Shown here piece by piece: positions 1 through 9,151 of a stretch of 64,000 nucleotides of DNA; positions within the stretch are counted from its first letter, which is position 1; every line of letters begins with the position of its first letter. The stretch lies in contig CAXXXD010000004.1 of NCBI GenBank assembly GCA_963663385.2, forward strand, positions 832,001-896,000. The letters are read 5' to 3'. Under the pieces are notes generated by a model. That model had not been told where the DNA came from and made no database searches. It saw nothing but the letters and a program-made list of their open reading frames with translations. This DNA comes from Oceanispirochaeta sp. Lineage in GTDB: Bacteria > Spirochaetota > Spirochaetia > DSM-2461. The translations under genes were made by a program, and so were the position numbers.

Positions 1-2
1 CT

Positions 3-1160
3 CCTGCTGTGGAACGGGAAGATCTGACATCCCTGGCTGCCTACGCCATTGACGATGAGGGGAACAAAGATCCTGATGATGCTGTCAGTTATACCGACGG
101 CTGGATGTGGGTGCATATCGCCGACAGCAGTTCCCTGATTCCTGCCGGAGGAGCCGCAGACCGGGAAGCCCGTGGAAGGGCTGCCAATCTGTATCTGCCG
201 GAGATGGTCATTCCCATGCTGCCTCCCGAAGCAACAGACCGTCTGGGGCTGGGACTGCAGGAAATCTCTCCCGCCCTCTCCTTTGGTTTTCAAATCGGCG
301 ATGATTTTGAGATTACCGATTTCCGTATGACCTTTTCAACGGTAAAAGTAACACGTATGACCTATGCCGAAGCAGAGGAACTACTGGAGGAGGAGCCATT
401 CAGGACAATAAAGAGGATCACCGACAGGTTCCATGAGCACAGAGTCCGGGACGGAGCCATCTCCCTGGTACTGCCTGAGGTAAAAACCAGGGTTAAGGAA
501 AATGGCGAAATCTGCATCACCCCTCTGGCTGAATTTAAAAGCCGGGATATGGTTGCCGAATCGATGATGATGACCGGTACGTATACAGCCCGTCTGGCCC
601 GGGATAAGGGCATCCCGATTCCCTATGTGACTCAGCCCGCTCCCGAAGGGGATGTTCCCAGAAGTGAAGAAGGGAATCTTGCGTCCATGTTTCAGCTGCG
701 CCGTTTTATGAAACGGAGCCAGAACAGTACGGTACCCGGTCCGCACAGCGGGATGGGGCTGCCTGTGTATACCCGGGCCACCAGCCCTTTGCGGCGCTAT
801 TCGGATCTGATGGTACAGCAGCAGCTTCGTCTCTATCTTTCCGGACGGGAACTGTTGACGGAAGAGGATATTCTGGAAGGTACCGCATCCTGCGAATCTG
901 TAACAGGCCGGGTTTCCCAGTCGGAGCGTTCCTCGAACCTGCACTGGAAGCTTGTCTACCTTTCGGAAAATCCGGACTGGCAGGGAGATGCCGTTGTTGT
1001 GGGTAAAGCGGATAAGCAGGCAGTTGTGATGATTCCCTCTCTGGCAATGGAAACCCGTCTCTCCCTGAAAGAGAAACCATCGCTTAATACGGTTGTAAAA
1101 GTTGGAGTGGAGAGTGTGAATATTCCTGATCAGCAGGTTATTTTTAAAACTATCCCTTGA
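3..1160 (+). CDS. RNB-domain exoribonuclease (RNase II/R family), 5'-truncated by window edge
   Basis: AIDDEGNKDPDDA catalytic Asp cluster, VHIAD, YLPE..IPMLP, TSPLRRYSDL motifs; frame is open to the window start. Confidence 0.92.
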   Translation, partial: PAVEREDLTSLAAYAIDDEGNKDPDDAVSYTDGWMWVHIADSSSLIPAGGAADREARGRAANLYLPEMVIPMLPPEATDRLGLGLQEISPALSFGFQIGDDFEITDFRMTFSTVKVTRMTYAEAEELLEEEPFRTIKRITDRFHEHRVRDGAISLVLPEVKTRVKENGEICITPLAEFKSRDMVAESMMMTGTYTARLARDKGIPIPYVTQPAPEGDVPRSEEGNLASMFQLRRFMKRSQNSTVPGPHSGMGLPVYTRATSPLRRYSDLMVQQQLRLYLSGRELLTEEDILEGTASCESVTGRVSQSERSSNLHWKLVYLSENPDWQGDAVVVGKADKQAVVMIPSLAMETRLSLKEKPSLNTVVKVGVESVNIPDQQVIFKTIP

Positions 1161-1194
1161 TGGAGGGATACTCTGGGGGTAGTATAATTAAGGT

Positions 1195-1755
1195 ATGAAA
1201 CGAAAAATACTCCTGATTCTTGTCACTTCCCTCGTTTTTTCCCTTACCGGTCAGGAATCTGTCAGATTCCCGGATGATCTGGTTTATGATCCCTTCTATG
1301 CCATTTCGCTGACTGACAGCGACGGCGGGCAGTATACCCTGTTCAACAGTTTCTACCAGACCGCTGAGGGGGCGCTGAAATATTTTGTCTGGTTCAGGCG
1401 CGGTACGGCTCAGGGGCTGGCAGAATACCCTCTGGACCTGTTTAAAATCAAAAGACTGACACTTACGGGGAACTATGAAATTCCACCCGATGGTTTTACC
1501 CCCTGTGAAGTGGAACTTACATCAGGCAGTACGTTTGAAGGATTCCTGGATACAACCGGGTATCTGGCGGGAATTGACCAGGATTTCGGCTGCTTTGCCC
1601 GTATCTACCTTCAGTATAACGGTATTCGAACGGTAGAATTCCTTCATGATGGAACCTACAGCCGTTGTCCTTTCTGCGGAGCTATCTATTACAATGACAG
1701 GTATGAAGTCTGTCCTTTCGATCAGACTCCTCTGGAATCCCAGCATCCCGAATAG
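1195..1755 (+). CDS. Secreted hypothetical protein with C-terminal Zn-ribbon-like motif
   Basis: Signal peptide MKRKILLILV...; CPFC...CPFD at C-terminus; TATAAT just upstream. Confidence 0.7.
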   Translation: MKRKILLILVTSLVFSLTGQESVRFPDDLVYDPFYAISLTDSDGGQYTLFNSFYQTAEGALKYFVWFRRGTAQGLAEYPLDLFKIKRLTLTGNYEIPPDGFTPCEVELTSGSTFEGFLDTTGYLAGIDQDFGCFARIYLQYNGIRTVEFLHDGTYSRCPFCGAIYYNDRYEVCPFDQTPLESQHPE

Positions 1756-1758
1756 GAT

Positions 1759-3000
1759 TCAGATCTTTTCCACATCCTCGCTGGCCCAGGCATAGGAGGA
1801 GGGGAGCCCGAGTGTCCTCAGGGCGCAGAGCCATTTGTAACCTGAGAGGCGGATATCCCTGAAGGCAAACATATAGAGTGTCTTATGGTGGTAGAATTCC
1901 AGTTTCTGCCTGGTCATGACATGAATCCCCGAGAGTTCCTCCAGAGGGAGAAGGCGAACTTCTCCTGTTTCGGAGCGAAGCATGATATGATCTTTGAACA
2001 GTCCTATTTCCCCTTTTTCAGTCCAGACCCGGGGGGCATCCTGTTTGTATCCTGTCTGGATTTTCATTTCCGAATCGGTCATAAACGGTTTATGGGAGTC
2101 CTCTCTGATATAGTTGTCCAGCAGTTCTTTCAGTTCTGTCCTCTGCCACTCATTCCATGCCGCCGGTGTATCGATACCGGGGTAAATTCCCCCTTTTGCC
2201 TTAAAGCGGTACTGACTGTCCAGTTCCAGAGAGAAGCCGCAGCAGGTGCAGGTAAATGTATTCCTATGGGAACGCATCGAGGCGATCTCTTTGCATTCCG
2301 GACAGATAAAGAGGAAGTTTTCCAGGTATTCCGCCCGTTCCTCCGATTCATAATGCCAGTCTTTCGTCCGGATGAAGTCATATTCATCCGTCTGGAAGAG
2401 GGTCTCCATCTTATTAAAAATCTCATCCGGGGACATCTGCTTCAAGGATCTGCCGTCGGCGCTGAGAGTTTTTATGGTATATTCCACAGGTCCTTTTCTC
2501 CGGGCTTTCGCCCAGCGGGGCTGTGCGGCGAAGGCTCCATGGGTTACAACAACATAGGCAGGAATTTTCATCATTTTTATTAATTTTGCTGTAGAGTAAA
2601 ACAGGGGCAGATTCTGTCCGTCCCAGGACATCTGCCCTTCCGGATAAATGCATATGATTTTAGACTGTTCTTTAAGGCTCATCATATGCTTTATGGCTCC
2701 CAGATCACTTTTAGCCTTTGCCTTGGGAAAAGCCCCCAGCTTTTTCAGAAAGAAGCTGGACCATTTTTTCCGGAAATGGGACTCAGAGGCCATATAATGG
2801 ATGGGATCCCTGATTAAAATACCAATGAGCACCATATCCCACTTCATCAGGTGGTTGGGCAGCAGGATATAGGGAGGTTTCAACTCTTCCAGAATCTCCG
2901 GATTGGTAAGACGGAAGTCATATCTCTTTCTGAACCAGGGGGCTACCAGCCCCCGTAGAAAATGATGAAGGGCTGTGTTGAAGGTGTAGACTTTTGTCAC
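1759..3000 (-). CDS. Lysophospholipid/1-acyl-G3P acyltransferase (PlsC family) with Zn-ribbon extension
   Basis: NHxxxxD motif (PNHLMKWD), IYPEG motif, then CPEC...CTCC and an extra C-terminal domain. Confidence 0.85.
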   Translation of the reverse strand: MTKVYTFNTALHHFLRGLVAPWFRKRYDFRLTNPEILEELKPPYILLPNHLMKWDMVLIGILIRDPIHYMASESHFRKKWSSFFLKKLGAFPKAKAKSDLGAIKHMMSLKEQSKIICIYPEGQMSWDGQNLPLFYSTAKLIKMMKIPAYVVVTHGAFAAQPRWAKARRKGPVEYTIKTLSADGRSLKQMSPDEIFNKMETLFQTDEYDFIRTKDWHYESEERAEYLENFLFICPECKEIASMRSHRNTFTCTCCGFSLELDSQYRFKAKGGIYPGIDTPAAWNEWQRTELKELLDNYIREDSHKPFMTDSEMKIQTGYKQDAPRVWTEKGEIGLFKDHIMLRSETGEVRLLPLEELSGIHVMTRQKLEFYHHKTLYMFAFRDIRLSGYKWLCALRTLGLPSSYAWASEDVEKI

Positions 3001-3018
3001 TGTTCCGCCTTTTCCGTG

Positions 3019-3423
3019 TCAGAATTCAAAATCCTCAGGCAGGGGATTATAGTGCATATCAATATCGTCAATTGTCCATTCAGGAGGGAGGTTGAAGGCT
3101 TCCATTACCTGACGATGCTCTTTCTCGCTGAAATCGTCACCGTGGTAGATAACGAACTTTTTCTTTCTGAACAGATAGACTACCCTTCCCCGGGGAATCA
3201 GGTCATACTCGGAACGCAGCTGAAGGGGTAATCTTTTCAGAACCCCCTTCTTTTCCATTAGAAACCAGGCGGCATAATGACCGACTTTATAGTCCACGCT
3301 GATGGTTGTAATCATTCCCTGGGTTACCGGGGAGGATTCATCATAATACAGACTGTTCTGGTAGCTCCAGAAAATTCCGACCCGCGGTTCCGGATCACAT
3401 GGTAAAAACGGGAAGTCGCTCAC
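3019..3423 (-). CDS. Conserved hypothetical protein (GIFW...GH...PRGRV...DxHY pattern)
   Basis: 134-aa ORF whose start overlaps the upstream gene stop (GTGA). Confidence 0.7.
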   Translation of the reverse strand: MSDFPFLPCDPEPRVGIFWSYQNSLYYDESSPVTQGMITTISVDYKVGHYAAWFLMEKKGVLKRLPLQLRSEYDLIPRGRVVYLFRKKKFVIYHGDDFSEKEHRQVMEAFNLPPEWTIDDIDMHYNPLPEDFEF

Positions 3424-4637
3424 TTTTCAACCTCCATATTATTGATCAGGAGGATAGGCAATCCCCGTTGCAGCTGCTTCCATAGAGTATAGTTTTCATT
3501 ATTGAGAATAAATCCCTTCTTCCGCTCCTCAAGAAGGCTGTAATAGGCGGGAGTCTGCTCTCCCGGTATGTCTGCAGCAGGCAGATGACGCCTTTCTATA
3601 TCCAGGAGGCTGAACTGTATGCCGGGATGTTTCAGGTAGGACCTCAGACTATCCATGCGGCGGGATGAGACGGGGCTGTTCAGAACAATGGGAAGAACCC
3701 GGCCGGCGGATCCGTTCTCCATTCCCTCCAGGGGAGGAAGGGGGCCTGATATACCTCTCTGTTCCCTGTGATCTTCGGCAGGAAAAAACAGAGCCCTATT
3801 CCCATTTTTCAGATTTGCTTCGGTTTTTTCCTGAATTAGCCTGTCCGAAAGAAGCGAGTTATAGATTCTGGCAGTACTGTTCAGGATCTCCTCCGAATAT
3901 ACATAGCCGTAACAGGATGCCATCAAGCTGAAAAAGAGTTCCTCATGGGCTTCTTTACCGAGGGGAACAATCAGTCTGCCGGGAGAAGGTCCTTCCCTGA
4001 TTATAACACTCCTGAGCTGGTAGGAGATTGTGTTTTCCATGTTAAACTCATCGGCGGGATGGAGACGGGTAAGGGTAAAATCAGGCAGGTAATCTCCGGT
4101 CATCTTCCTGTGAATAATTTCATCCCGTATATTATCCCTTTCCTGAATGTTCAGTAACACCTTATGTCTGGTTCCCCAATACTGAAGCAGCTCTCTGTAC
4201 TGATTCAGTCCCGGTTCAGACCAGAGGGTCAGTTCCTTTACGGGATCTGTCTTTCCATACAGGCTGATCCTGAGGGGGTGACTGTAGATATCCTGTCCCG
4301 ATACGATCTGCCACCGGCCTGTTCCCGTTTGTTTCAAGGCTGTCGAATCCAGCCTCTCTTTCAGCTCATCTCCATCCAGGAGGATCTCTCCTCCGGGAAT
4401 GCGTATATTCATAGAGTGCCAGCTTTCCATTAGAGGAAGCAGTTCCCTGATAGGGATGAGAGGTTCCATGCCGCCCCGCTCATTTTCACCGGGGAGCATA
4501 ATGGAAAGGAGTTCTTCTTCAGGATAATTCTCCCAAAGTATATCATTCACGTAAATGTCCAGCATGAAAAGATCAGAAGCCGGAAGTACGGACAGGGGGA
4601 GTATAAGAAAAAATAAGAGGTGCAATCCCTTGTTCAT
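3420..4637 (-). CDS. Secreted hypothetical protein, possibly with a degenerate solute-binding-like C-terminal half
   Basis: Start reassigned to ATG 4637 (MNKGLHLLFFLIL, signal peptide), which avoids overlap with the divergent radical SAM gene. Confidence 0.6.
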   Translation of the reverse strand: MNKGLHLLFFLILPLSVLPASDLFMLDIYVNDILWENYPEEELLSIMLPGENERGGMEPLIPIRELLPLMESWHSMNIRIPGGEILLDGDELKERLDSTALKQTGTGRWQIVSGQDIYSHPLRISLYGKTDPVKELTLWSEPGLNQYRELLQYWGTRHKVLLNIQERDNIRDEIIHRKMTGDYLPDFTLTRLHPADEFNMENTISYQLRSVIIREGPSPGRLIVPLGKEAHEELFFSLMASCYGYVYSEEILNSTARIYNSLLSDRLIQEKTEANLKNGNRALFFPAEDHREQRGISGPLPPLEGMENGSAGRVLPIVLNSPVSSRRMDSLRSYLKHPGIQFSLLDIERRHLPAADIPGEQTPAYYSLLEERKKGFILNNENYTLWKQLQRGLPILLINNMEVEK

Positions 4638-4701
4638 TGTAGTTGAATTGTATCCTTTAGCCGCCTTGCTTGCAAGTCTTCTTTTATGATAGAAAATCTC
4701 T

Positions 4702-6057
4702 ATGTCCCCAGTTTCAGATAAACCGCACGTTCTGTTAATTAATCCTCCCATCTATGATTTTGCCCTTTACGATCTTTTTCTCAAGCCCTATGGACTGCTT
4801 AGAATCGGCCGCTGGCTGGAAAAATCCGGATATGAAGTGAGTCATCTGAATGCACTGGACTACAGGGATGAGCTTAGTCTGGAGCAGTTGGGTGCCCCCC
4901 ATCGAAGAAAAGACGGTACAGGGAAGTTTTTCAGACAGGAGCAGCCCTATCCGGATACTCTTGTTAAAATCCCCCGGAAATTCGCCCGTTACGGTATTCT
5001 GGAGGAGAGCATCTGCAGCCGTTTGAATGCTTTGGGGAGAGATCCGGATCTTATCCTGATTACTTCCGGGATGACCTACTGGTACCGGGGAGTGCAGGAG
5101 GCGGTTAAGCTGTGCAGGGAGGCTTTTCCTTCCGCTCCCATCGGGATCGGCGGGATTTATGCCACCCTTATGCCTGATCACTGCAGGCAGGTATGCGGGC
5201 CTGACTTTGTGACGAAAGGGTCTGTCTGGCCGGGGATTATCCCCGAGCTTGAGAAAAGGAGGCTGCCGGTTCCCGATGGCCCTCCGGGGCTGGATATTAT
5301 GAGGAACGATCCAGTCTGGCGGGACAGTGCGGTTTTGCGGTTAAACGAGGGCTGTCCCTTTCACTGTGACTACTGTGCCTCCAATCTTATCAGTCCCCGC
5401 TTCAGTTCCGGGCAGGTCTCTGAGGTGATTGATATGGTTGCATCCCTCTATAGGCGGTGGGGAACCAGAGACTTTGCCTTTTATGATGATGCTCTTCTGG
5501 TTAACAAACAGGAGGTCCTTGTCCCTTTTCTGGAGGAGATTATCCGACAGGGACTGCCTCTCAGGTTTTACAATCCCAATGCTCTTCACATCCGCTATCT
5601 GGATGAGGAGATCCTGAAACTGATGATGCGGGCGGGGTTCCGGGAAATCAGGATGGGATTTGAGAGTTCCGACGATGATTTTCATGAAAAAAAAGACGGA
5701 AAAGTAACCATGAGCACTTTCGAAGCTGCTGTGGATGCCATAAAACGTTCAGGGTTCCCTCCGGCCAGGGCCGCTGTCTATATCCTGGCCTGTCTGCCCG
5801 GACAACGCTGGGAGGAGGTGGAAAAGTCCATCCGCTACGCGGCCCGTTTCGGTCTGCGCTGCCGGATTGCCCAGTACTCCCCCGTACCGGGTACGGCACT
5901 CTGGGAGGAGAGTCTGAAGGCCAGCCCGCTCCCTCTGGCAGAGGAGCCCCTCTACCATAACAGCACGTTTCTTTCCATGGAGTGGGAGGGATTCACACGG
6001 GACGATCTGGAACGGCTGAAGAGGCTCACCCAGGACCTGTATCAGGGCTCCTTCTGA
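4702..6057 (+). CDS. B12-binding-domain radical SAM protein
   Basis: VLLINPP, PYGLL, GGIYAT in the cobalamin-binding domain; GCPFHCDYC (CxxxCxxC); FYDD, GFES, PVPGT. Confidence 0.92.
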   Translation: MSPVSDKPHVLLINPPIYDFALYDLFLKPYGLLRIGRWLEKSGYEVSHLNALDYRDELSLEQLGAPHRRKDGTGKFFRQEQPYPDTLVKIPRKFARYGILEESICSRLNALGRDPDLILITSGMTYWYRGVQEAVKLCREAFPSAPIGIGGIYATLMPDHCRQVCGPDFVTKGSVWPGIIPELEKRRLPVPDGPPGLDIMRNDPVWRDSAVLRLNEGCPFHCDYCASNLISPRFSSGQVSEVIDMVASLYRRWGTRDFAFYDDALLVNKQEVLVPFLEEIIRQGLPLRFYNPNALHIRYLDEEILKLMMRAGFREIRMGFESSDDDFHEKKDGKVTMSTFEAAVDAIKRSGFPPARAAVYILACLPGQRWEEVEKSIRYAARFGLRCRIAQYSPVPGTALWEESLKASPLPLAEEPLYHNSTFLSMEWEGFTRDDLERLKRLTQDLYQGSF

Positions 6058-6060
6058 ATC

Positions 6061-6246
6061 AAACCCCTCTCCCCCTCGGCTCCACTTAATCTCTCTGGAG
6101 GGGAGACATCAATTTTGTTTCCCTCCTTTGGAATAGTTTAAGGGGAGGCAGGGAAAAGCAATACACTAGCCCCTCTCTGGCTTCTCCTTATAGAAGATTA
6201 TAAAGACATTTTCCCCCTCCTCGAGGAGGGGGCCAGGGGGAGGTCC
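6061..6246. repeat. REP-like cluster of GC-rich extragenic palindromes between convergent genes
   Basis: Perfect 20-bp palindrome CCCCCTCCTCGAGGAGGGGG at 6213-6232 followed by CCAGGGGGAGG; degenerate CCCCTC(T/C)...GAGGGGAG copies near 6064, 6121 and 6170. Confidence 0.6.
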
Positions 6247-6257
6247 GGGAAGGCTGG

Positions 6258-7304
6258 TCAGGACAGGAAGCTGTCCATGGCATTTTCCGGTTTCAGCTCC
6301 CGGTTGAGAATTTTGTAAACCAGCTGGATAATGGGCAGTTTCAGGTTGTACTTTTCTCCGAATTCAACGGCATAGCGGGCGGCTACCGCGCCTTCGGGGA
6401 GGTAGCCGATGGAACCTATATTATCAATAAGATCATCAATCCCCTTAAACTGCTCGTGTATTCTTTTCAGAATGATATCTCTGCCGAAGCGTCTGTTTCT
6501 TCCGAAGGGAGAGCGGCAGGTTACATCCAGGTCTCCTACTCCCGCAATGGAGGTAAACGTTTCGGGGTGTGTGGATCCCAGGCTCTTGCCAAGAAGCTGA
6601 ATTTCATTCAGCCCGCCCGCAAAGAGAAAGGATTCCGTATTATCTCCCACCATGGCTGTGGTTTCTTTCAGGGCATCCAGTATCCCGAAAGCAATAGCTA
6701 CCACATTCTTAAGGGCCGCACTGGTCTGCACACCGATAACATCCAGGGATGAGAAGAGTCTGGTATAGGGAGAGCTTAAGAGTTCCCTGAACTCTATGGA
6801 ATTCCGCGGATTCAGGGAGGCGCTTATAAGTCCTGTGATTTTTTCCGCACCGATCTCCTCCGCATGACTGGGACCCGATATATAAACCAGATTCCCCTTA
6901 TAGGAGCCGGGCAGGTAGTTCTCCATAGTCTCAAGGATAAACCGGGGGCCGTTCTTTCCGGCCACGAATCCCTTGGTAATGGTCGCAATCAGGGTTTCGC
7001 CTTCCACAATGGAGGGAACAGACAGAATCTGTTTCAGCGTATCCACCAGAAAGAGGGAAGGGGTGGCCATAATAAGGTAGTCCTTTCCGTCTGCAGCTTC
7101 CCTGATATCACAGGTAGCGGTAACGGAAGGGGGAATCTCTGCTCCGGGGAGAAACTGTTTGTTTTCCCTCTCCTCATTGATTTCTCTGGTACCTTCCTCT
7201 GTAAAACTCCAGATTGTAACTGGTACACCCTTCTGTCCCAGTGTTTTCGCCAGGGCTGTACCGAATGCTCCGGCCCCGATTATGCCAACAGTTTTTTCAC
7301 TCAT
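6258..7304 (-). CDS. gpsA: NAD(P)H-dependent glycerol-3-phosphate dehydrogenase
   Basis: GAGAFGTALA Rossmann motif, TKG, SGPSHA, ALKNVVAIA, GVGDLDVTC..GRN, PEG. Confidence 0.96.
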   Translation of the reverse strand: MSEKTVGIIGAGAFGTALAKTLGQKGVPVTIWSFTEEGTREINEERENKQFLPGAEIPPSVTATCDIREAADGKDYLIMATPSLFLVDTLKQILSVPSIVEGETLIATITKGFVAGKNGPRFILETMENYLPGSYKGNLVYISGPSHAEEIGAEKITGLISASLNPRNSIEFRELLSSPYTRLFSSLDVIGVQTSAALKNVVAIAFGILDALKETTAMVGDNTESFLFAGGLNEIQLLGKSLGSTHPETFTSIAGVGDLDVTCRSPFGRNRRFGRDIILKRIHEQFKGIDDLIDNIGSIGYLPEGAVAARYAVEFGEKYNLKLPIIQLVYKILNRELKPENAMDSFLS

Positions 7305-7316
7305 ATCATTATCCTC

Positions 7317-8042
7317 TTATTGAAAAGTTACGGAATAGAATAACTCCTGCCGGTGCAGAAGCAGATCCAGGAGGGGCAGCTGAATTTTCCACTCCCTGTC
7401 GCCTGTCCGCTCTCCGCCAATGGATGAGAGTATTCTTCCTTCTGTATGGATCGTCAGATCCAGAGAGGCTTTTTCCACTCTGGTCTGCAGTTCGTCTTCG
7501 TCTCCCTTGTGCTGATCTTCAAACAGGAAAAGGAGCATCTCCGTATATTCTGATCGGCTGATATCCGGTTCGGGCAGAAAGTACTGGAATCCCGGGTCCT
7601 GCAGCATGGGGAACAGGCGGAACATCTCCTGAAAATTATCGCTGTTTATCCGGAGATTCAGGGTGCTGCTGCCGCTGTTTCTCTCAAAACCCAGTATGGT
7701 TCCGGCTCTGCCTTCTTCGGTGGAAAAGAGGGCTTCCACATTATGAAACTGTAACCCGCCCTGATAGATTCCCGGAGCAGGCGAGCTGATCTGTACACCC
7801 CGGAAATAAGGGTTTGCAGAAAGTTCCGCAGCTATAGTGTCAGGATCCATGGGCGAGCTGCTTCCGGGAGCGGGAGAACTGAGATCTGTCAGATCTTCCA
7901 GGGTATTCAGGTAGAAATCATCCAGAAGAACACGTCCGGTTGCCTTACCCGAACCGTCTGAATCCAGGTAGATATCCTGATAGACAGAACAAGATGCCAA
8001 AAGAAAAAGGAGAGCAAGCACGGGGAATAGGGGAAGTTTCAA
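7317..8042 (-). CDS. Hypothetical lipoprotein
   Basis: Lipobox LLASC; GGAGG RBS upstream of TTG start. Confidence 0.75.
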   Translation of the reverse strand: MKLPLFPVLALLFLLASCSVYQDIYLDSDGSGKATGRVLLDDFYLNTLEDLTDLSSPAPGSSSPMDPDTIAAELSANPYFRGVQISSPAPGIYQGGLQFHNVEALFSTEEGRAGTILGFERNSGSSTLNLRINSDNFQEMFRLFPMLQDPGFQYFLPEPDISRSEYTEMLLFLFEDQHKGDEDELQTRVEKASLDLTIHTEGRILSSIGGERTGDREWKIQLPLLDLLLHRQELFYSVTFQ

Positions 8043-8260
8043 AAAATACCTCCAATTGTCTCTAAAACCTGTTTCGGTTTGTTAGATTATACTATTGAGA
8101 GTCTTAGGAAAAGGGCTGGTTACGGAAGTGTTCTTATTTTTCATGACAATACCGGGAATTCTGTCCGCTTTATTCCCGGATTGTAAAAGTAGGTTGGTAC
8201 ATCCTGCCTCTTATACTGTATAATAGGATAAATAAAATTGATGTGATCAAAGGACCCTCC

Positions 8261-9151
8261 ATGGATATACGTGAGCTCCAGCTCTTTATGAAACTGGCTG
8301 AAACCCTGCACTACACCCGGACCAGTCATCTTATGGCTATCAGCCCTTCTGCCTTAAGCCGTACCATTCAGCGTATGGAGGATCAGGTGGGACAGATGCT
8401 TTTCTTCCGGGATAACCGGGGGGTCATCCTCACTCCTGCGGGCCAGCGGTTCAGAGAGTATGCCAGGAATGTTCTGGATCTCTGGCAGACCATGCAGAAC
8501 GATCTGTCCGAAGATGATAATGAGGTCAGGGGAGAGCTGACCGTCTACAGCTCTGTAACCGGCTGTTACACGATTCTTCCTGAACTGCTCAGTTCCTGCC
8601 GGGAGAGGTTTCCCGGGATTCATATAGTATTGAAGACCGGTTCCGCCGCCGATGCGGTATCGGCTGTAGTCAATGGGATTACGGATCTTTCCGTGGCGGC
8701 CGAGCCGGATGTTATGCCCGAGAATCTGATATTCCTCAATGTAACCGAAACGCCCCTTCAACTGGTGACATCCTCCATGGCGTGTGAAGTCAATGCCATG
8801 CTTGAAGGAGGGGACAAACCATGGTATGAGCTTCCCCTTATCCTTCCGGAAAAGGGCCTGGCCAGAAAGAGGCTGGACAAGTTTTTCCGGAGCCGGCAGA
8901 TTCACCCTGATATTTACGCTGAAGCGGATGGAAATGAGGCAATTATCGCCCTTGTCAGTCTGGGATTCGGTGTGGGGATTGTGCCGTCACTGGTAAGAGA
9001 GAACAGCCCCATGAGGGAATATATAAATATTCTGGAGGAGGTGAATGAACTGGAACCCTATCGGGTGGGTCTTTGTGTAAACAGACGAAACAGTCAGACC
9101 CCCATTGTCCGGGCTTTTACATCTCTGGTTGAACTGATTGGAGAAAATTGA
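8261..9151 (+). CDS. ilvY: LysR-family regulator, IlvY-like
   Basis: N-terminal HTH SPSALSRTIQRMEDQVGQMLFFRDNR; GELTVYSSVTGCY, LKTGSAADAV, GNEAIIALVSLG resemble IlvY. Confidence 0.8.
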   Translation: MDIRELQLFMKLAETLHYTRTSHLMAISPSALSRTIQRMEDQVGQMLFFRDNRGVILTPAGQRFREYARNVLDLWQTMQNDLSEDDNEVRGELTVYSSVTGCYTILPELLSSCRERFPGIHIVLKTGSAADAVSAVVNGITDLSVAAEPDVMPENLIFLNVTETPLQLVTSSMACEVNAMLEGGDKPWYELPLILPEKGLARKRLDKFFRSRQIHPDIYAEADGNEAIIALVSLGFGVGIVPSLVRENSPMREYINILEEVNELEPYRVGLCVNRRNSQTPIVRAFTSLVELIGEN

